A stretch of 18,094 nt of DNA from Candidatus Bathyarchaeia archaeon (GTDB lineage: Archaea > Thermoproteota > Bathyarchaeia > Bathyarchaeales > Bathycorpusculaceae): assembly GCA_049512075.1 (NCBI GenBank), contig JBEKXL010000034.1, positions 1 through 18,094 of the forward strand, in the 5' to 3' direction. The notes beneath the pieces were generated by a model that was given only the letters and a program-made list of their open reading frames with translations, was not told the DNA's origin and made no database searches. Every line of letters starts with the position of its first letter. Position 1 is the stretch's first letter. Made by a program: the position numbers and the translations under genes. Below are positions 8,649 to 15,395 of this stretch, one piece after another.

Positions 8649-8823
8649 TCCAGCAGCTCTTCAGTCAGAAATTGGGAAGTGAGCCTCATATCAGGATATT
8701 GGCCCCGCCGACGCTTGATGAATCACTTCTTGGCTCCAGTTAACCGGCTGCGAGAGGCCACAAAAGTGGCGGGGCAAGCGTTGGCTTTCTGAAGGGCGCG
8801 GGGGTCATGCAACGCGGATGGAG

Positions 8824-8865
8824 GACGTAAATTTCGACGCCCGCACCATGAGACCCCACACACAC
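8824..8865 (+). repeat. tRNA-3'-end-like family site
   Basis: GACGTAAATTTCGACGCCCGCACCATGAGACCCCACACACAC aligns without gaps to 13676-13707 (AAATT.CGACGC.CGCACCA.GAGACC). Confidence 0.7.
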
Positions 8866-8951
8866 GAGGATCCATCTAGACAAGTTGATTCTCTATGCTT
8901 CACTTGGCATGCGATAGCCTTGCTTGGGAAAAACGACTACTAGGAAACCGA

Positions 8952-9692
8952 CTATTCACATGTCTCTATTCGTATTCGTCCATCTTTGTTCACTATCGCC
9001 AACTTCCTGTTTCCAAGAGGCTTCCAGGGTGCACTCCAAATCCTCTCCTGGCAGAATACTACACCGCTAGGCGACTCGAAGTAGTACATTGTGTAGTAGT
9101 CTTCCTCCTCTGTGAAATCTCTGAGAACGTAGAGGGATTCGCCATCTGACAGCATGAACGTTAGTGATGAGTAGGTTCTGCCCTTTTTGTCCGGCTCGCG
9201 TAGAATCTCCTCATGAATCAGTCCTACGTTCTTCGCAATGGCCTGCTCGATCGAGGATTCGCTCTCTTCAATTGCCCTCGCGAGCTTGTCAAGAACGACT
9301 CGGCTGTCTGATTGGACGCCGCCAGTATTGAAGCTGGGCGAGTATACTGTGCCGTTATGCCCAAAGCTCCATTTCCCAGAGACGAGTGGCTGAGTGTTCT
9401 CTAAGGATACCGCTCCAGAAGACGTCTTCCTGAGGTGCGCCAAGACAATTCGGTCCGTATTTGTGATTTTTTCGCAATCCAACCTGTACTCCCCGTTCTT
9501 CCAAGCGGGCTCTGTAGACCTGCCTAGGTACTCGGGCGAGTTGTTTCTGTAAGACAAGATCCCCCAGCCGTCCTCATGACCTGGCTGCGCGCCTGTCCTG
9601 ACCTTTCCACATGCGGAAAGGCATCTGAACTTCAGAAGAAGATCTGACTTCTTGATGGAAGAGTCGCCAATGATTGCCATCATCCGGCACAT
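8952..9692 (-). CDS. Class II (Ntn) glutamine amidotransferase, YafJ/EgtC-like
   Basis: True start MCRMM (Cys2 nucleophile) at 9692. Motifs HEDGWG, AHLRKTS, ENTQP, FGHNG and SDS. Confidence 0.9.
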   Translation of the reverse strand: MCRMMAIIGDSSIKKSDLLLKFRCLSACGKVRTGAQPGHEDGWGILSYRNNSPEYLGRSTEPAWKNGEYRLDCEKITNTDRIVLAHLRKTSSGAVSLENTQPLVSGKWSFGHNGTVYSPSFNTGGVQSDSRVVLDKLARAIEESESSIEQAIAKNVGLIHEEILREPDKKGRTYSSLTFMLSDGESLYVLRDFTEEEDYYTMYYFESPSGVVFCQERIWSAPWKPLGNRKLAIVNKDGRIRIETCE

Positions 9693-9766
9693 TGTTCTCT
9701 TACACCCTACTAAGGAAGGTTGCAGCGGATTTACCTTTCCGAATCGCTTTCCCATACACCGGTGTT

Positions 9767-10060
9767 CTAACTACTCAGAGTGGAATCCCCTCTAACACCG
9801 TTTTCATTGGAAAGAAGCCTATCATGGCGTATGTTACAGCACTCATGATGCAATTGACCAGTGGCAGCAATGAGGTTTCAATCAAAGCGAGAGGGCGAGC
9901 CATATCAGCAGCCGTCGACGTCGTTGAAGTGTGCAGAAGACGATTCTTCGAAGGCAAACTTCACGTGGAGAAAATCACTATCGGAACCGAGCAGCTGGGT
10001 GAGGAAGGACAAGTGCGAAACGTCTCAACGATCGAGATCACGGTGACAAAACGAACCTAG
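9767..10060 (+). CDS. albA: DNA/RNA-binding chromatin protein Alba
   Basis: NTVFIGKKPIMAYV, IKARGRAISAAVDVVEV, IGTEQL, RNVSTIEI. Start uncertain: no ATG/GTG/TTG near the expected N-terminus. Confidence 0.93.
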   Translation, partial: LTTQSGIPSNTVFIGKKPIMAYVTALMMQLTSGSNEVSIKARGRAISAAVDVVEVCRRRFFEGKLHVEKITIGTEQLGEEGQVRNVSTIEITVTKRT

Positions 10061-10125
10061 CGGCCACCCAGCACAACAGAGCCCCCAGTTCCATTGTACG
10101 ACAAACGTGACCGGGCTCGGGATTA

Positions 10126-10692
10126 CTAGTAGGTTATGAGTCCCTTCTCTTCAAGTGCTTCCTTCAGTTTTGCGATGGCTCTGGGTACTTCTGCTTCTTT
10201 CTTGGCGCCTGTACACACTAGTTTTCCGCTGGCGAAGATGAGTATGACTACTTTGGGGTCGTCCATTCTGTAGATGAGGCCAGGGAATTGTTCCGGCTCG
10301 TACATCGTCCTCTTCAGCGAGTAAATTACTTTTTCTAGGTCGATGCGGCCTCCCAGCCCAGCTGAGGCTACTATGTTCTGGACCTGGATTTCCGGCTTTG
10401 CAAGGATGACTATGCCGCCCCTCTTGAGTTCGTCGACAACCTTCGTGACGGCCTTCCTCGCTTGACTCTCGGACTTCGCTCCGGTACACACCATCTTTCC
10501 CGAGCTGAAGATCAGTGTCGCGGTCTTCGGCTTCTTCAGCCGGTACACGAGTCCGGGGAACTGCTCAGGCCTATATTCGACGCCAGGAAAGATCCGGACA
10601 ATCGCGTTGAGATCTATCCTCTGGTTGAGTGTGGCCGACGCGACGACGTTCTCTATGTTGATGTACGCGTCGTTTTTGGCCAGAGGGCGCAC
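10126..10692 (-). CDS. tbp: TATA-box binding protein
   Basis: Two TBP repeats: IENVVAS/VQNIVAS, Y.PEQFPGL.YR and LIF.SGK.VCTGAK. The real start is probably CTG at 10683. Confidence 0.98.
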   Translation of the reverse strand: MRPLAKNDAYINIENVVASATLNQRIDLNAIVRIFPGVEYRPEQFPGLVYRLKKPKTATLIFSSGKMVCTGAKSESQARKAVTKVVDELKRGGIVILAKPEIQVQNIVASAGLGGRIDLEKVIYSLKRTMYEPEQFPGLIYRMDDPKVVILIFASGKLVCTGAKKEAEVPRAIAKLKEALEEKGLITY

Positions 10693-10789
10693 CTGAGTGA
10701 TACTTGAGGTGCGCTTTATGAAGGAAGCCTATATGAGCACGGTTTGCGGAGCACGCGAGAAGTTCCTGAACCCTTGATTGAGCGCGATT

Positions 10790-10832
10790 GGCCGCACCAT
10801 GAATGGTGTCGTCGTTGAGGTCTCTTGGTGCG
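10790..10832. repeat. Inverted pair of CGCACCA family sites upstream of tbp
   Basis: GGCCGCACCATGA at 10790-10802 on +, and CGCACCAAGAGACC on - (10832-10819). Same arrangement as the pair at 13694-13731. Confidence 0.55.
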
Positions 10833-11055
10833 CGACGACGAGCCTATCGTCTTTCCTAGAGGTTGCAGCGCCTCTTTTGAGGCATGTCACGGTATCATGT
10901 CAACCAGACCGGAGTGTAGCTAGGATCATGTGCGGGCGCGCTTAAGAACCAAAACTGCCTAAACAGGCGCTTTCGACAGCCCGTCGTTGACAGTGATCAC
11001 ATACTGAACTCTCAAATCGCCGCTAACGCTTGTACGCTGTCCGAGGTAAGTCTCT

Positions 11056-11274
11056 GTGAGTAAGCGGAATCCGTTGACTGAGCCAAGCATCATTGTTGAT
11101 GATGTGCTTTCCATGTTGACTGGACGCCCGAGGGGCACGCTTGTAAGTTTCACTGAGATCACAAAGAACGTCCACGACTACATCAAGACAAAGGGCTTAC
11201 GGAAGAGATTCTGTCCCCATTGCAATGCACCATTGACCCCTTCAGAGCCAATGCAGGCTACGATACCCGGTTAG
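11056..11274 (+). CDS. SWIB/MDM2-like mini-protein with a C-terminal CxxC
   Basis: GAGGT RBS and GTG start. VDDVLSMLTG....LVSFTEITKNVHDYIKTKGLR resembles SWIB 'L..I.G.....RTEV.K..W.YIK...LQ'; then FCPHCN. Confidence 0.6.
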   Translation: MSKRNPLTEPSIIVDDVLSMLTGRPRGTLVSFTEITKNVHDYIKTKGLRKRFCPHCNAPLTPSEPMQATIPG

Positions 11275-11365
11275 GAATGCGCAGTATTGATGGCGGGCCT
11301 TGCTCAAACTGGGGCGAATGGCAGTCATTGCAGGACTTTGATAACTAGGACGTGTGTGGCAAAAT

Positions 11366-11710
11366 ATGGGTGCGGCTCAATCCGTCTTGAAGAAGATCCT
11401 ATCGATTCCGCCCCATAGAACGGACCGAAAACCACCACGCATGTTTTCTGGCCGAGACCCAGACCTCCTCGCAATAGCTGAGATAGAGCATCGAAGGAGG
11501 TTGGACGCGGAGCGAAGCTTGGAGAGCGTGTTCGAAAAGGTGAAACCTATACTCCAAAGGAAGCCAGAGCCAGCATATCTTGTCCACGCTTTAGAGTTGC
11601 CGGCGGATCTCAAGACGCGAATCGCGGCCATGCCCGACCCCGAGGAGAGAATGCGTGCCATTGTAGAGTACAAGTTGTCTACAAGAACGCAGTCGAGCCA
11701 TCACCAGTAG
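11366..11710 (+). CDS. Hypothetical helical protein
   Basis: 114-aa charged ORF co-oriented with its neighbours; no recognisable motif. Confidence 0.55.
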   Translation: MGAAQSVLKKILSIPPHRTDRKPPRMFSGRDPDLLAIAEIEHRRRLDAERSLESVFEKVKPILQRKPEPAYLVHALELPADLKTRIAAMPDPEERMRAIVEYKLSTRTQSSHHQ

Positions 11711-11887
11711 AGTATCGGAGGCGGTCTCTTGTCTTTGCCCGTTCGGTCTGTAGCAAGCGGATTGTCTCGAGTCTTGGCGATGGCTCTTCGAAGCCTCGGA
11801 GAATACGATCGACTGCTTCAACCGTTGAGGGAGAAAGCTTCAAGCCGATCCTCGTGTGCATCTCGTGATGATCTGCGGTGACATGAA

Positions 11888-12391
11888 GTGGTGAACTTCT
11901 GGATCTTTCCGACCACCGCGGAACGCTGGGAACTAGTCAGAACCTATAACGTCTACGCCTTCCAACATGAGGCAGACAGAGACAAGATCAAGCCAGGTGA
12001 CAAGACAATATGCTACATCGTCCGATCGGATCCGCCAGTATTCGTCGGCGCGCACGAAATCGCGAAGCCTTGGGAGGAGGCGAAGGAACCATTCTGGCCC
12101 GAGGAGAAGGCTGAGGGCAGAGTAATCCGGCCTTGGCGGTTCCAGTTGACTCCGCTGAGGCTTGGCGCCGTCGACGCTCGCAAGCTATCGAGGCAGCTCT
12201 CCTTCGTCAAGAACAAGGATTGGTGGTCAATATACTTGAGAGGCTCGCTCGCGAATTTTGGGCGGCGGATTCCGGAAAGCGATTACCGACTCATCTTCGA
12301 GGAGATGCCTAAGCCGTCTATCCCCTACCAGGTGAGACCAGCCCTCAAGCCTAAGGTGCCGTCGGTCGCCGAAGTTCCAAAGAGGAGCTGA
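11888..12391 (+). CDS. EVE (PUA-like) domain protein, C-terminally truncated
   Basis: NFWIF....RWELV...NVY, KIKPGDKTICY, FWPEE, LSFVKNK..WSIYLRG and IPESDYRLI. GGTGA RBS. Confidence 0.85.
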   Translation: MVNFWIFPTTAERWELVRTYNVYAFQHEADRDKIKPGDKTICYIVRSDPPVFVGAHEIAKPWEEAKEPFWPEEKAEGRVIRPWRFQLTPLRLGAVDARKLSRQLSFVKNKDWWSIYLRGSLANFGRRIPESDYRLIFEEMPKPSIPYQVRPALKPKVPSVAEVPKRS

Positions 12392-12559
12392 ACCCTTCCT
12401 AGTCACCACAGAGAAGTTTGAGGATGAAACCAGAAGCCTACTCGTGGAACATTCCACGAGATCAAGCCCCACATCAGAATCATCCACTGGGAGGACATCG
12501 TCGGGCTCTACAAACTTGTGAGAGAGGTCAGCGAGTTCGAGAAGAAACTAAGGCCATAG
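12384..12559 (+). pseudogene. Frameshifted C-terminal tail of an EVE-associated restriction-endonuclease-like domain
   Basis: Reads GAEPFLVTTEKFEDETRSLL, then after a shift GTFHEIKPHIRIIHWEDIVGLYKLVREVSEFEKKLRP*. Out of frame with EVE; no catalytic core visible. Confidence 0.55.
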
Positions 12560-12617
12560 CCGAAGACCCGGTCTCAGGTCTTCCGTTTCTCCCTCTCCAG
12601 CTCCTCGCGTAAGCGCT

Positions 12618-12773
12618 TCAGCGCATAGTTGAGGTTTCCGCCCCCAAGTCTTCGGCAACCATCGAGGAAACGACGGATTACGCATAGAAGACCTCCCTGA
12701 GCTTGAAATTGACAATGAGCACAAGAAGGTCACATTCAAGCTCATTCCAACACGTGTGATAGTTCGCGAGGAA
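12618..12773 (+). pseudogene. Internal fragment of a second archaeal tyrosine integrase
   Basis: SAHS*GFRPQVFGNHRGNDGLRIEDLPELEIDNEHKKVTFKLIPTRVIVREE matches the archaeal integrase segment 'AHSGLRP..LGNY.G.DGL...DLPE......F...PT...VR.E' around the catalytic Arg. Confidence 0.7.
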
Positions 12774-12791
12774 TCCCCGTCAGATAGTGCG

Positions 12792-13136
12792 TTAATTCGC
12801 AAGCCACTCGCAGACCGAAATCAATTTCTTCAGCAGCACGTCCTTCAGCCGACCTTGCGGTCGGTCATTCCAGATTGCTATGGAGTGAACGTGAACGCGG
12901 ATCACGTTAGGCATCTCGCCAAGCCAGACACGCCGTAGCCGACAAGACGAGCAGCTCAGATGAAAGCGGTGTAGATTCAGTCCACAGAGGGTTTGGCAGG
13001 GCATCCCGAACGGGCCCGCCCTCTTAGCTGCGAATTGCTTGGGAACGTGGATGCCGAGCCACCCTTTCCCGTGCTCATCGGCAAAGAACCGTGTGAGTTG
13101 TCCAAAGTCTACTGTGAGGTGATCCACAGGCTTCAA
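12792..13136 (-). CDS. Hypothetical Cys/His-containing protein
   Basis: 114 aa, AGGAG before TTG; CQTLC...H..H..CSSC. No competing gene over most of its length. Confidence 0.4.
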   Translation of the reverse strand: MKPVDHLTVDFGQLTRFFADEHGKGWLGIHVPKQFAAKRAGPFGMPCQTLCGLNLHRFHLSCSSCRLRRVWLGEMPNVIRVHVHSIAIWNDRPQGRLKDVLLKKLISVCEWLAN

Positions 13137-13380
13137 CGACTCCTAACTCTTCAGTTGATGCTGTGAGACGGAAAAGTCTTGCCTGTCAAATAGAGCAAGG
13201 TTAGAGGTTAGCCCTCGTTTTACCGTCAGATAGTGCGCTCAACCAGCAGGAGATGAACATTGACGAATAGCTGAACTTCTCAGCTCTGGAGGAACTTTCG
13301 CTGTAGTTGACAATTGAATGAAGATGTGTTCTTGGCTAACGTGCAGAATCTCGGGAGGCGCCTGGTCCCCCGTGACCTTA

Positions 13381-13421
13381 CACGTGGACTTCCACGTCCC
13401 CCAAACCACATCCACGTGGAC
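13381..13421. repeat. CACGTGGAC direct/inverted repeat cluster
   Basis: CACGTGGAC at 13381 and 13413, inverted TCCACGT at 13391, palindrome TCCACGTGGA at 13411-13420. Confidence 0.55.
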
Positions 13422-13458
13422 ACGAAAAACAGCGCTTTATGTAATATCCCCGGTCAGC

Positions 13459-13749
13459 TGGTGCGGGCGGATAAATTTGAACCCTTGGTGGTGGGTGGTG
13501 GGTAGGCCGGTGCGGGCGTCATAATTTGAACTCTCGTGAGAGACAGCAATTTGAAGTGGGAGGGTTTTCCGCGCGGTGTGTGTCGTTTCAGGTAATGTGT
13601 GTGGTTTTGAACCTGAATGGGTATAGATCCCGGCGGCCGCACCACCTTCCTCACACACATCAAACCAAAACCGACGGTTCAAATTACGACGCTCGCACCA
13701 CGAGACCTGTGTGTGTGGGTCTAGCGGTGCGAGCAACGTATTTTGAACC
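13459..13749. repeat. Cluster of five tRNA-3'-end-like sites including a 74-bp cruciform (attP-like)
   Basis: 24-mers GGTGCGRGC-N6-AWTTTGAACY-like at 13460, 13509 and 13726, inverted at 13676, plus GGGTATAGATCCCGGCGGCCGCACCA at 13619-13644. Confidence 0.8.
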
Positions 13750-13750
13750 A

Positions 13751-13903
13751 ATAGGGGAAGATGACCTACCAACGCGCACAGAGGTACTTAGGCGCATTAG
13801 GGAGAAGGAAGCGGAGCAAGCGCAAGGCCATATGGCCCCACTTCCACCGGGAGACTTCAACATTATTTATGCTGATCCACCTTGGCAGTATCTAGCTAGT
13901 TGA
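13751..13903 (+). pseudogene. Fragment of an MT-A70-family adenine methyltransferase
   Basis: EDDLPTRTEVLRRIREKE...LPPGDFNIIYADPPWQY, then a stop three codons later; DPPW at 13874-13885. Confidence 0.75.
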
Positions 13904-14134
13904 TCGCTTCGGTTTCTTGTAAGTTCGGTATGCTTCTGCAACCTTCGGATCTAATGGCTTGAGTTCTGCTATAGACCACTCCCAAATCTCTACAGTTGTG
14001 GTTCCCTCTCTTACTTTGTCTGCAATCTTATCGGCAACTTTTGTTACATGTTCCTCTTTGGCTCCAGCCTTCTTCAAAGAAGTTTTTAGCTTAGCCTTGT
14101 CAAACTCCTCCGAACGCTTCTTCACTTTAACCAA
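13892..14134 (-). CDS. Stand-alone ATP-cone domain protein 1
   Basis: GAGGTGA RBS, TTG start. VKVKKRSEEFDKAKLKTSLKKAG...VADKI...TTVEIWE...EL...DPKVAEAYRTY. Confidence 0.85.
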   Translation of the reverse strand: MVKVKKRSEEFDKAKLKTSLKKAGAKEEHVTKVADKIADKVREGTTTVEIWEWSIAELKPLDPKVAEAYRTYKKPKRSTS

Positions 14135-14183
14135 CACAATCACCTCTCTCTTCGTTATTCTCTTGAATATTCACTTAAGAATT

Positions 14184-14405
14184 TTGGCCAAACTCATCAA
14201 AAGAGGAGATACCTACAAGGCTGAAAAGCTGAAGGGCTCTATCGTATCGGCCGGAGCAAGTTGCGACGTAGCTGACAAAATCGTCAGTTCCGTCAAGATT
14301 CGCGAGGCCATGTCAACCTTAGAGTTGAGGAGACAGGTCTCAGATCAGCTAAAGAAACTCGATCCCAAGGCAGCCAAGGCCTACGACACTTACAGGTCCA
14401 AGTAG
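14184..14405 (+). CDS. Stand-alone ATP-cone domain protein 2
   Basis: TTG 14184. KLIKRGDTYKAEKLKGSIVSAG...VADKI...STLELRRQV..QL..LDPKAAKAYDTY; clearly paralogous to the divergent gene. Confidence 0.8.
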   Translation: MAKLIKRGDTYKAEKLKGSIVSAGASCDVADKIVSSVKIREAMSTLELRRQVSDQLKKLDPKAAKAYDTYRSK

Positions 14406-14573
14406 TCATCCACCTTCTCGTTCTCTTTTTCTGGCATGTTGCTCTTTGCTGAGCGGAGCTTGGAAATGCTATTGAACATTCAAGTGCAAAGCCTGAAAGA
14501 GAGAGGCGGGTAGGCTACGAATGTCTGCTCATGTCAAGTCGCACTGAACGTGCGCTCGTAAGGAATAGTGTAT

Positions 14574-14774
14574 TTATCGTTCAACGGTGAAGGCTATCTT
14601 GACGTGGGCCTTGTATCTGGCAATCTTGCCATTCTTCACATCTGCTTTGAATCCCAGCACATCTACGCCAACGATGTTCCTCACAGTTTTCGCGGCATCT
14701 CTCAAGGCCTCCTGCACTGCGTCTTCCCAGCTCTTCTCAGAGCTCCCTATCAGTTCCAGTATCTTCACAGCCAT
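14574..14774 (-). CDS. Dodecin (flavin-binding) family protein
   Basis: 66 aa: MAVKILELIGSSEKSWEDAVQEA...A.KTVRNI...NGKI..YKAHVKIAF. GGTGG RBS. Confidence 0.92.
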   Translation of the reverse strand: MAVKILELIGSSEKSWEDAVQEALRDAAKTVRNIVGVDVLGFKADVKNGKIARYKAHVKIAFTVER

Positions 14775-15395
14775 ATGACCACCCGGATGCCAATTGTTCG
14801 AAATCTGTAGATAAGTCTTAGTGAGGTCACTACAGTTTGGAACAGGCGGCCGACCGCCCGCTTCTCCCCCATAATCAGCTTCTCCCACAAGACTATTCAG
14901 TTCAGGGCAAGAGATCGACGTGAACTTGGTTACGGAATAGGAAACACGATCGCTCTCGCCCAAAAAAACGCTGCTGAATGAGGAAAGCGCCGATGTATCT
15001 TGCACCACATCAAGTAGCGTGAGGGTCCAGCGCCCAACAATGAAGAACTGAGCCTACACCAGGACAAGTCATAGGTCTGCAAGAATCTGCTTTGATTCTG
15101 AGCGGAGCTTCATACAGTTACCCGCAGAAGGCAAAGTACATGTCATCTGTAGCCATTTTCAACCGATGTCTGTTCATCAGCTTCAAATCTGGCAAAACGG
15201 ATTCAGAATTCGACTCTTTGCGGGTTGTCGTGTCGTGTAGATCCGGAAATATCGCAAGTTGTCTTCATGTCAAAGACTTTCAGGCACTGAACCTGTCATA
15301 GTAGGTGAACGATGCAACGAATACTGTCAAGGTGCAATCGAAAAGAGATAGTTGTTTATGTAGTAGCGCGCGCGACGAAATTTCGGTAAATCATT

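Noticed and set aside
13487-13506. G-quadruplex GGTGGTGGGTGGTGGGTAGG
   Set aside because: Only two G3 runs; better explained as the degenerate CACACACA element of the 13509 repeat copy.
13570-13644. Complete tRNA-Gly gene (also considered at 460-535 and 8775-8848)
   Set aside because: No 5' acceptor strand (GCGGCCG), D arm or anticodon arm at the expected distance upstream; only 3' ends are present.
13459-13749. CRISPR array
   Set aside because: Repeats are in mixed orientation, degenerate in the middle and irregularly spaced; no cas genes in the window.
13959-14183. Long N-terminus of ORF 13959-14405
   Set aside because: It is the antisense shadow of the divergent ATP-cone gene.
14775-15008. 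N-terminal extension of dodecin in the ORF track
   Set aside because: Dodecins are about 70 aa and ATG 14774 has its own RBS.
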